A DNA stretch of 64,000 bases from Selaginella moellendorffii (lineage: Eukaryota; Plantae; Lycopodiophyta). The notes beneath the pieces are model-generated. The model was not told where the DNA came from. It made no database searches and was given only the letters and a program-made list of their open reading frames with translations. The position numbers were made by a program, and so were the translations under genes. The stretch spans positions 3,813,674-3,877,673 of the forward strand of contig NW_003314266.1 in the NCBI RefSeq assembly GCF_000143415.4, written 5' to 3'. Of this stretch, positions 38,301 to 49,281 are shown piece after piece (the first letter of the stretch is position 1; every line of letters begins with the position of its first letter).

Positions 38301-41300
38301 AATGGCATAGCCTAAGCTGCAGAACATGCAGTTGGAGTGTGGTGACCCAGATAATGATGGAGGTGTGAAAGCACCAAATAATGAGTTGTAGGACTTGACA
38401 ACTATGAGGCAACTAAGCAAGAGGTGCAAAATAACTGGTTGAACGGGTAGAAGGTAGCTACCCAAGACTTCTTAATAGCATAGGGAAGTCGGATACACCC
38501 TTATGGGGGATAAGTTGCTTGTGTTGCGATATAGTAAGTCAATGTCATAAAAGGAAATACTCATTGTCAAGAAAGCCATCATTGGGACACCCGAACACTC
38601 TAGAACACCAGAAGGTGGTGTTTGATGTCGCGAGGGCAATGGATAAAGCCCAAGGGACTAAGTCCCTAGCGAATGATGGATAGAAGGTGCTATCCAAATG
38701 TCCAAGGTTGCGGAGACAGGAGAGGACTGTCTACCCGAGTTAGACAAAGCCAAAAATGGAATTTTGGCAAGGCTAGTGATGGGCATGTAAAGGCCCATAA
38801 GCAACAATGTAATCCCAGTGTGTGGGATTATAAGGTGAGCATACCCGGATTGAGGAACCACTCCTTGGGCTATTGGGTAGGTTCATCCCTAAGAATACTT
38901 GCTAAGGCATGATAGAAAGTGCAAAGCTATCCTCTTGGTCTGGAGGAGAATAACCAAAGGAACCATATGGGGCCAAAAGACAAGTAGTATTGGGATGGAA
39001 CTGAGCCATAGAAATCAAAAGGCATATCCCACAATGGTTATGCAAGTTGGGAGTGGAGAATCAAGAGGGTGCTCGAGGATGTTGTTGCTAGTAACCGTGA
39101 GGCCATAGAGAGTCGAAAATATGGAATTGTCCATGTTAGACTATATGGCAACTATAAAGCTTGCGAAAAGGGAGGCCTTAGCAAGCTGAGGGACAGAGTT
39201 CCTTCAAGGTTCCCAAAGACGATTCTAGGTAGCTTAGTACCTAGAAAGGCCAAGTGTAAATGGTTCATGGAACACGCGAAATCAGAGTGGCGCAGCAGAA
39301 GCGTGGTCTTGAAGCTTGCCATGAGGCAAGGCTATCAAGGTTAGAGAAGTAGTACCCGAGTGTTCAAAGAGAGGGCTTTGAACGAAAGTCGATGGTCAAG
39401 GACTTTCACGCTTATGCATGAACCATGTTACAGTGGTCGGAGGACTTGCCAAGCGAGATTGGCATGTCGGGGGAACAAATACCCTAATTGAAGGTGATAA
39501 CTTCAAAAAGGGTGGGCCATGGGGCTGAGCATGGAGGAGTCCATGCATGATCACAGACATGTCAAGTGAGAGGACTTGGCAGTGCAGAGGAACTAGGTTC
39601 CTAAGCTGTGATCTGTAGCGCGCTTTAAATATAAATTGGTGCACCGGCGTGGGGAGTCACGCCAGGCATCCGGTGTGATGCCATCCGTAGATGCATATAC
39701 GGAGGTTGGGTTCGAGTCCCGACCCTCTAGTGCTTGGGTTCGAGTCCCAAATCACTAGGGCGTGGTGATGGTTTGGAATATGAGGACACTCATTTTTCGG
39801 TGGTCATGGACTCTCAATGAGGAGATTGGCTTGGGCACACCGCCAAGCGGGGGATGCCCCGGAGTCGTGATGCACGGTTAGATTGCTTAGTGTGAAAGCT
39901 TAGCATATCTAACTTGAACGCTTTGGTGCAAGTGGCACCAAGGACGTGGTGAATGAGATGGGGACACCCAGTCTCAGTTGCTATGGACCCTTGGCCGGAA
40001 GGGCTGGCTTGGGCGCACCGCCAAGTGTGGGGGATGCCCCCGGGGTCGTAGTTAACAAGTTAAAGGTCTGGAAGACCTAGTACCTATTGGCAAACCTGTT
40101 AAGGTGCCGAGGTGAGATCACTAGGTGATCTTGTGGCTAAATAAAGACAAGGTCCTTGTTTGGGTGAAGGAATAAGGTTCCTAGTTCAAAGTGTTGATTT
40201 GAACTATTGATGATGGTGTGGCTTGGTCAAGGTGACCAAGTGGGAAAAGCACCTTATGGAAATGAGCTATGTCATTGCGATGGCATAATGTGTCCAAGGA
40301 AAGTAGTCTCTAAAGAGACCCATAGGAGGGTCACAAAGTTGGGCCGTAGATAGAGCCCACAACAGAAGAGGCTAAAAGAGACTTACTAGGGGTGAACACC
40401 CTAGTCTTGGCAAAGCAGAGCCTTTGCTATGGAATCCAGAAGAATACCTCAAGGAGGGAGGTAGAGATTCGATGTTGCTTGGTGCAACAATCAACGGATA
40501 GGAGCAAAAGATGAGTTGCCAAGATAGGGCCGTGGAATCCCTTGGAGGGAATCCAAGTGAAAAAGTTAGGCGAGGAACACTAATGTGTTGGACGCTAACA
40601 AGTTGCGGGAAAGGAAATGTGTTTCCAAGGAGGGATTCTGAATTGCTCCGATTTGGCGAAAGTGGAAGCTCCAAGGGAGGGAGCGGTAAGGTAGCCAAAT
40701 GATAGGGCCATGGACAGCCCTAGCACAAAGTATGATAAATGGAACTTAGTGCCCAAGGTGGCACGAAATAGAAGAGAAGATGGTGATGCCCTCAAGTAAT
40801 GAACTTCCTATGATGGGGAAGTGGAGTTGCACAATCTGTGCAATGCAAGGTGTTGGAGACACCTAGGAAATTGACTTCCAAAAAGTCAAAAGAGTAAAAG
40901 TTCCAAAGTGCAAAGGTTATAGCGCTGGAAAGTGAAACCACTTGAGAACGAGTAGTGGGATCGAGTTAGAGAAGGTGTCTCTAATAGGTTTAGTGAGAAC
41001 TAAACCAATAAAAGGAGAGAACCACCACAGGTGGTCAAATGAGCCTCTAAGTTGGAGAGGCTATGCTCCTTAAAGGATGGACAAGGCATGGTGAGCTTTT
41101 GGTGTCAAACTATAAACAAAGATTGGCTAGGTGCCAAGGATGGAAATGGTAACACGTGTGGGTGTTACTTTATGAAAGGGTTTACCGTTCGATGAGGACA
41201 TCGAACTTCGTCTATGGGTGGTGGAGTTGTGAGACACAAAATCCCTAGGCCCCAAAGTGGAGCCGGAAAGGGTGCCACGTGGTAGTGGCTGAAGCGAGAG

Positions 41301-43049
41301 CTAAACGAGCGTAACACGTTTGGACCAAAAGCTCCGACTCGAAAAGTCAAGAGCAGGAGTGGAACTCCCAACGAAGTGCTCAAGGAACGAGCACGAAGCG
41401 AGCAAAAAGCGAGGCTCCAAAAAGGGACCCAAAAGGACCAACACATGACACGTGGAAGTGTCCGAGATGGACTCGAGTTGGAGTCCGAAGTGGAGTCTGA
41501 GATGGACCCGAGTTGGAGTCCGAAGTGGAGTCCGAGATGGACCCGAGTTGGAGTCTAAAGTGGAGTCCGAGATGGACCCAAGTTGGAGTCCGAAGCGGAG
41601 TCCGAGATGGAGTCCAAGATGGAGTCCAAGATGGAGTCCGAAGTGGAGTCCGAGATGGAGTCCGAAGTGGAGTCCGAGGTGGACCCGAGATGGACCCGAG
41701 TTGGAGTCCGAGGTGGACCCGAGATGGACCCGAAATGGAGTCCGAGATGGAGTCCGAGATGGACCCGAAATGGAGTCCGAGATGGACCCGAGATGGAGTC
41801 CGAGATGGACCCAAGATGGAGTCCGAGATGGAGTCCGAGATGCAGTCCGAAGTCGAGACCGAGACCGGGACCGAGACCGAGACCGAGACCGAGATCGGGA
41901 CCGAGACCGAGACCGAGGCCGAGGCCAAGACCGAGCCCGAGCCCGAGTTCGAGTCCGAGTCCGAGTCCGAGTCCGAGTCCGAGTCCGAGTCTAAGTCCGA
42001 GTCCAAGTCCGAGTCCGAGTCCGAGTCCGAGTCCGAGTCCGAGTCCGGAGCCTGAGAGGGTGAAAGCCCAAAGCGTTCGTCTCCCAGACCCTGGGGGGTT
42101 TGGTGAGCTCCAAAAGTATAGTAGGGGGAGGACTGCAGTGGAGCCAGTTTGGCCAGGAGAGGCCAGTTTGGCCCAGGAAGGCCGGACCCAGTGTTGGGTG
42201 ATGAGCTGCCCACTGGGAAGTCCAAGACTAGAGTGAACACAGACCGACAAGCGGGGTAGCTTGGTGAAGTGTTCAAGAGCCGGCTCTAGTTCCCCCGGGA
42301 GATCGACTGGCCGATGCTCCCAGTCCAAGTGTGGGTGGCACTACCTACTTGGATACTGGTGTGGCTCAACAGAACCCGCTCTAAGCCCATGGCTAGAGCA
42401 CCCAAGGGCAGAAGGCGAGGAGAGTACCTAGGTGGCTCGCGTAAGGCCACGGTGTTCCGAAATGTTGTCCCAAAGGCCCAGACTGTGGAAAGGAAGAGGA
42501 GCAGTCCTCTGGGGTAGTGACCAAGGACACAGTCGTGTGGTGAGGAAGTCCCAAAGGACCGTGGGACTTAGTGGTCAGGCCTGTGGGTCTCGATCCAGTG
42601 GCAGTGTTGGCAAACACGGCCAGGGGCAACAAGGGACTTAGTGGGGACTGACAGAGGGATATTGGGGAAGGCTATTCCCCTTGTCGGTGGGCATCCTAAG
42701 GATGCTAAGGAGTGGATTTGAGATGACCACTCACGGATGGTTTGCCTAGTCTTGGAGAGCTAAGACGGTGATGCAAGTGGTATTGGACTACCAGTGTGGC
42801 AAAGGTGATTGGGCATGGCCTTAGTGTAATGGGCTACTATGTCGGTGGTACCTTTGAGTGTCGGTCATGGGATCGGACACGTGGAGCACTTGGACCAAGT
42901 GCAAATGTTGAGTGGCATGGATGCCATTCTCGGGGCTAGCAAGTCCCAAGTCCTGGATTGGACTTATGGAGGTTGTGAATGAGACTCCTCCAAGTGGTCA
43001 GAGGTGTGGTTAAGTGACTAAAGTAGAATGGAAAATTTAGTCGCTTACA
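35335..43049 (+). mobile_element. Non-autonomous LARD-like element B2
   Basis: LTRs at 35335-37161 (TG mutated to TA) and 41228-43049; TSD TAAAC at 35330-35334 and 43050-43054; PBS at 37165-37176; PPT at 41213-41227; no long ORF inside. Confidence 0.95.
39646..40057 (+). other. Structured cis-RNA cassette in B2
   Basis: GGCGTGG-GGAG-TCACGCC hairpin, two GGGTTCGAGTCCC hairpins, and modules at 39757-39875 and 39941-40057. Confidence 0.65.
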
Positions 43050-43054
43050 TAAAC

Positions 43055-46000
43055 CTGGTGTCCACGAGAGGACAACTCACTAAAGGAACTAAGGCAGCCT
43101 TTTTGTGCTTACTCTCGGTGAAGAGTGACAAAAAGACAAGAACGGAAGAAGTACCTTTAGTTATCCAGCAGGTGCTGGACCAATTCCAGGATACCATGCT
43201 GGAGGAGTTACCGGCGGGGTTGCCCCCCGCACGACCGATAGAACATAAGATTGAGCTGGTCAAGGGTGCTGAGGCGGTGGTTCGTCCACCCTATCAATTG
43301 AACAAAAAAGAACTCAAGGAGCTCAAAAGCCAACTAGAGGAGTTGGTGGACAAAGGGTATGTTAGGTTGAGCAAGTCGCCATATGGGGTGCCGGTGCTAT
43401 TTGTGAAAAAGAAAGATGGATCTATGCGCATGTGCATAGACTACCGGTTGCTCAACAAGTATACCAAGAAGAACAAGTACCCTTTGCCAAGGATCGAGGA
43501 CCTGTTCGATAGGTTGGGAAAGGCAAAATACTTCTCGAGGATTGACCTAAGGTCAGGATACTACCAGATCAGGGTAGCTGAGGAAGATGTCGAGAAGACA
43601 ACCTGTCGAACGAGGTATGGGAGCTTTGAGTTTCTGGTGATGCCCTTTGGGCTGTGCAATGCGCCGGCAACGTTTTCGGCGTTGATGAACCACATCTTTA
43701 TACCCTATCTGGATCACTTCGTGGTCGTCTATATCGACGATATCCTGATCTATAGCGAGACGCTAGAGGAGCATGCCGAACACTTAGCGAAGGTGTTTGA
43801 GAAACTAAGGGAACACAAACTGTATGCTAAAGAGAGCAAATGTGACTTTGCTCAACAAGAGGTAAAGTTTCTCGGGCATGTGGTGGGCCAGGACAGGCTC
43901 AAGGTGGACCCGGAGAAGGTCCAAGCGATCCAGGAATGGGAGCGGCCTTCGAATGTACATGAGTTGAGGGCGTTCTTGGGGCTATGCAACTACTATCGAA
44001 AGTTTATCATACACTATTCGAGAGTAGCCCTACCCTTAACGGACCAAACAGGAAAAGGGAAGATGGTATGGACAGCGGAATGCGAGGCAGCATTCGTCCA
44101 CCTCAAAGGGAAGTTGAGGAAGGCTCCGGTGTTGGCATTACCAGATTTTGGTAAGGACTTTGAGGTAGACACGGATGCTTCGGACTTTGCGTTGGGCGCA
44201 ATTTTGAAGCAAGACAACCATCCAATAGCGTTCTTCTCGAAGAAGTTGGACAAGGCTCAAAGGAAGTGGCCTGCCCACGAGAAGGAATTGTTTGCGGTGG
44301 TCAAGGCGCTCAAGGAGTGGCGACACTACCTTGGGAGACACTTCAAGGTTTACACGGACAATGTGGCAACGAAACACTTCTTGTCACAGCCCGACCTGAG
44401 AGGGAAACAAGGTTGGTGGGCCAATGCCTTGGCCGAGTTTGATTGCGAGATTCTGTACAAGCCTGGGAAGAGCAACATCGTGGCAGATGCGCTAAGTCGA
44501 AAAGCGAGCTTGAGGTTGGCGATATCCAGCGCAATAGCAACCTTCTGGGACGATGTGCGGACAGCATATGAGAATGATGGTCTAGCACAAGAAGTGTTGT
44601 TGAGGAATCTGGAGGCGCGGGAAGCTCACCAGAGAGATGAGCTGCCAACGGAAGAGAAAACGGGCTATGCGGAACGCAACGGACTCATTTATTACAAGCA
44701 ACGAGGGTATATGTTCCAGAAGGGGGACTAAGGAAGGTAGCCTTAGAAGAGTGTCATGACGGACCTCTTGCGGGACACGGCGGAGTGCCCAAGACGATGG
44801 GCTTACTCAAGAGGAAGTACCATTGGCTAGATATGGCTAAGGACGTCCAAGACTATGTAAAGACATGTCCAACATGTCAGCAAGTCAAAGCCGTGACTAA
44901 GGCTAGTGGGGGCTTGTTGCAAAGCATCCCAATTCCAGATCGTCCGTGGAAATGTCTTACGATGGACTTCATCACGGGACTACCCCCAAGCGAGGGGTTC
45001 GATGCGATATTCGTGGTGGTGGACCGATTTTCAAAGATGGCACATTTCATACCCACCACAACGGATGTGGATGCGGAAGGTGTGGCGAAGCTGTTCTTCG
45101 AACAAGTGGTTCGAGTGCGGGGAAGGCCGGAAGAGATTATCTCAGATCGAGATAAGATCTTCACCAGTAGGTTCTGGAGGACACTCCTAGAACAGTATCG
45201 CACCAAGTTGAAATTCAGCACGGCCTATCACCCACAGACAGGTAATGGGTATTGAGTCAAGATTGATGGCACTAACACTTCTTGACAGACGGACAAACGG
45301 AAAGGGTGAATAGGCAGCTGGAGGATTATTTGCGATGCTATGTCTCGGGAGACCAGACCGACTGGGTAAGTCATTTGGGACTTGCGGAAATGTGTTATAA
45401 CAACTCACCACATTCGAGCATCGGGGTGAGTCCATGGGAAGTCATCAATGGGCGAGCTATTGAAGGTCCTGTGGAACTCGGCGTGGCCGAGTATCATGGA
45501 GAGTTACCCGCAGTGGAGGCATTCACGGCGAAAAGACTCAACATTTGGAATCTAGTGAGGGATTCCTTGGAACGGGCTCAACAAAGGCAAACTAAGTACG
45601 CAAACCAAAAGCGTCGAGATGTGGAGTTCCAAGCTGGGGAGAAGGTGTGGCTGAACACCAAGAACCTCAGGCTACCAAGTGGGATCAGCCGGAAGTTGAC
45701 CCAAAGGTAAAAATGCATATATTCTTGTAAATGAATAAATCTTGAGTTCCTTAAGCAGGTTCGCAGGGCCTTACGAGATTGAGGCTCGAATCAGTAAAGT
45801 GGCTTACCGTCTCCGACTTCCTCGAGAGATGGGGAAGATGCATCCCGTGTTCCACGTGAACTTACTCAAGCCGTATTTTGAGGATCCGCTTCGCAAGGAC
45901 CAAGTAAGACCTTTACCTGAGGTTATCCAAGGGGAGGAGGAATACGAAGTCGAGGCCATCCTCAATGCGCGCAAGAGCAAGCGACAAGGACGCGAGGTGA

Positions 46001-46140
46001 GAGAGTTCCATGTGAAGTGGAAAGGATTTCCACACTGCGAAGCAACATGGGAACCGGAGGAGAACCTAGCGAACGCGCGAGATCTAGTGGAGGAATTTCT
46101 GCATGGCAGAACTCTATGTACTTATGCAAAGTTCAATTAA
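43055..46140 (+). pseudogene. pol: A2 RT-RNase H-integrase-chromodomain; 1-nt frameshift near 44700; introns 45242-45288 and 45707-45758
   Basis: Same motifs as A1; TACAAGCAACG versus TACAAGCAAACG in A1. Confidence 0.9.
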
Positions 46141-46180
46141 AAGTATCAATTTGAGAAGTTGAGCAATGGCATATGTTAGG

Positions 46181-46547
46181 ACCCGAAGGCGCGCCGAAGG
46201 TAAGCTAATTAGCATGGGTTAGCTAGGTCGACCAGGCGTAGGGAGCTACGCCCGACTCCCTGCGGGGATGTCGAAACCGTAGACGTATTCTACGGAGGTT
46301 GGGTTCGAGTCCCAACCCCCTAGTAAAGCAAGGCTGGGTTCAAGTCCCGACCCCATATTAGGGCGTGGTGAGGGGAGGAGTATAGGGACACCTATATTCC
46401 GTTGTCATGAGCTCTTGGCCGGGGAGGCTAACTTAGGCACACCGCTAAGTGGGGGGATGCCCCCGGAGACATGGTCAACAAGTCGTAGGATAAAAAAAAA
46501 AGAGACGTTCGATGTGGGCATCGAACTTCTTCTATGGGTGGTGGAGT
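46181..46547 (+). other. Structured 3' UTR cassette of family A (also 13799-14165 minus and ~47765-48128)
   Basis: GGAG hairpin 46235-46252; T-loop hairpins 46297-46317 and 46332-46352; module 46360-46479; pre-PPT hairpin 46507-46526. Confidence 0.65.
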
Positions 46548-48128
46548 TGTAAGGAACCAACTCGCCGAGGTGTCGTAGGCTAAAGGATGCGATATTCGTG
46601 GTGGTGGATCGATTTTCGAAGATGGCACATTTCATACCCACCATAATGGAAGTGGATGCGGAAGGTGTGGCGAAGCTGTTCTTTGAACAAGTGGTTCGAG
46701 TGCGGGGAAGGCCAGAAGAGATTATCTCAGATCGATATAAGATCTTCACTAGTAGGTTCTGGAGGACCCTCCTGGAACAGTATCGCACCAAGTTGAAATT
46801 CAGCACAGCCTATCACCCACAGACAGGTATGGGGTATTAAGTCAAGTTTGGTGGTCCTAACACTTCTTAACAGACGGACAAACGGAAAGGGTGAATAGGC
46901 AGCTGGAGGATTATTTGCGATGCTATGTCTCGGGAGACCAGACCGATTGGGTAAGTCATTTGGGACTTGCAGAAATGTGTTATAACAACTCACCACATTC
47001 GAGTATCGGGGTGAGTCCATGGGAAATCATCAATGGGCGAGTTATTGAAGGTCCTGTGGAACTCGGCGTGGCCGAGTATCATGGAGAGTTACCCGCAGTG
47101 GAGGCATTCACGGCGGAAAGACTCAACATTTGGAATCTAGTGAGGGATTCCTTGGAACGGGCTCAGCAAAGGCAAACCAAGTACGCGAACCTAAAGCGCC
47201 GGGACGTAGATTTCCAAGCTGGGGAGAAGGTGTGGCTGAACACCAAGAACCTCAGGCTACCAAGTGGGATCAGCCGAAAGTTGACCCAAAGGTAAAAATG
47301 CATGTATTCCTGCAAATGAATTGATCTTGAGTTCCTTAAGCAGGTTCGCGGGGCCTTACGAGATTGAGGCACGAATCGGTAAAGTGGCTTACCGACTCCG
47401 ACTTCCTCGAGAAATGGGGAAGATGCACCCAGTGTTCCATGTGAACTTACTCAAGCCGTACTTTGAGGATCCGCTTCGCAAGGACCAAGTAAGACCTTTA
47501 CCTGAGGTTATCCAAGGGGAAAAGGAATACGAAGTCGAGGCCATCCTCAATGCGCGCAAGAGCAAGCGACAAGGACGCGAGGTGAGAGAGTTCCATGTGA
47601 AGTGGAAAGGATTTCTACACTGCGAAGCAACATGGGAACCGGAGGAGAACCTAGCGAACGCGCGAGATCTAGTGGAGGAATTTCTGCAAGGCAGAACTCT
47701 ATGTACTTATGCAAAGTTCAATTAAAAATATATATTTGCAAAGTTGAGCAAGTGGCATATGTTGGGACCCGAAGGCGCGCCGAAGGTAAGCTAATTAGCA
47801 TGGGTTAGCTAGGTCGACCAGGCGTAGGGAGCTACGCCCGACTCCCTGCGGGGATGTCGAATCCGTAGACGTATTCTACGGAGGTTGGGTTCGAGTCCCA
47901 ACCCCCTAGTAAAGCAAGGCTGGGTTCAAGTCCCGACCCTATACTAGGGCGTGGTGAGGTGAGGAGTATAGGGACACCTATACTCCGTTGTCATGGGCTC
48001 TTGGCCGGGGAGGCTAACTTAGGCACACCGCTAAGTGGGGGGATGCCCCCGGAGACATGGTCAACAAGTCGTAGGATAAAACGAGACGTTCGATGTGGGC
48101 ATCGAACTTCTTCTATGGGTGGTGGAGT
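46548..48128 (+). repeat. 40-nt LTR stub followed by a second, diverged copy of integrase core, chromodomain, 3' UTR and PPT (introns 46827-46873 and 47292-47343)
   Basis: TGTAAGG...GCTAAAGGA (46548-46587) joins via GA to GATGCGATATTC, equivalent to 45001. Confidence 0.92.
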
Positions 48129-49281
48129 TGTAAGGAACCAACTCGCCGAGGTGTCGTAGGCTAAAGGAACCCCGAAAGCATGACCAAAATGACAAAGAGT
48201 TCATCGGATGGGACCAAGTCGAAGATCGAGTCCAAGACCGACTCTAGGACCGAGTTCGAGATCGGGTCCGGAATCGAGTCCAAGACCGACTCGGGGACCG
48301 AGTTCGAGTCCGAGTTCAAGACCGAGTTCGAGACGGAGTCCGAGATCCGAAATCGGGTCCGAGACCGAGTCCGAGGTCGAGTCCGAGGTCGGGTCCGAGA
48401 TCGGGTCCGAGATCGAGTCCGAGATCGAGTCCGAAACCGAATCCGAAGTCGGATCCGAAATCGGGTCCGAGATCGAGCCAGAGACTAAGTCCAAATACTA
48501 ATACGGGTCAAGGGGTGAAAGCCCAAAGCGTGCGTCTCCCAGGGGGGGGGGGGGGGGCTGCAGGGGGTTCCAAAAGTATAGTAGGGATAGTGAGGTCCAG
48601 AAACCAGTTTTGAAGGGACTCTCCAGGTTGGCTTCCAAACCGACTTGAGGTTGAGACTGGGACCGAGGGGCCTTGGGTGGGAGTGAGCATGGACTTGGCT
48701 GGTGCCGGAGGGGCCATCCAAGGAAGTGCTCAAGAGCAGCTCCCACTCCCGAAAGGGAAACCGATTACGGTGCTCCCGGCTCATGTGGAGTGGTGCCCCA
48801 CTTGAGTACCATGCGGCTCATTGGTCCTCGCCCTTCCTAGGGGCTTGGGCCTTCCTTCGGGATGGAAGTGGGGGGCCAGAGGTACCCATACCGGGCCGCT
48901 AGGCCACGGTGTTTCGCCCCGGCGTCCCGAAGCAAGTGTTGCACTCAAGACTTGGGATTTAGAGGGTCCCATGATCAAGTCTTGTGGTACCAAAGAATGT
49001 TAGGAACCTGGAAGCTTGGTGTGCTTGGCTGTTTGTGCTTGCGGGGAGTGTAGCCGAACCTTAAGTCTAGTCTAACCCGGGGAGGGGGATTGGGAGTGAT
49101 TTGGGAATCCGTGGATGGATGGCTAACACTCCGTTGCTCATGCAGTGAGTAGCTGAGACCAAGTAGGAGCTGGTACCATAGGCGAGAACCTTGGCAAGGG
49201 AACTTAGCAAAAGCCAAGGCAGTGTTGGACGGATAGTCGAGGTAAGCTGGCAAATTGGAAAGGAAAAATTTGTGGCTTACA

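Larger units (their letters stand above)
32424..49281 (+). mobile_element. Ty3/gypsy chromovirus copy A2, with nested B2 and an internal duplication
   Basis: LTRs at 32424-33589 and 48129-49281; TSD AGGGA at 32419-32423 and 49282-49286; PBS at 33593-33604; PPTs before 46548 and 48129. Confidence 0.96.

Noticed and set aside
39646-40057. Hammerhead ribozyme (retrozyme) interpretation of the cassette
   Set aside because: No CTGATGA...GAAA core in the correct stem context was found by eye; other ribozyme classes are not excluded.
43028-43054. ATG in the B2 LTR end in frame with A2 RT (567-aa ORF)
   Set aside because: Chance fusion at the insertion junction; the downstream pol is frameshifted near 44700.
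46105-46180. Possible third intron after the chromodomain
   Set aside because: AT-rich, but the TAG acceptor in this copy is TGG in the other two, and the alternative acceptor is followed by an indel between copies; no motif is restored.
46297-46352. tRNA gene
   Set aside because: Only T-arm-like hairpins; no acceptor stem, D-arm or anticodon arm.
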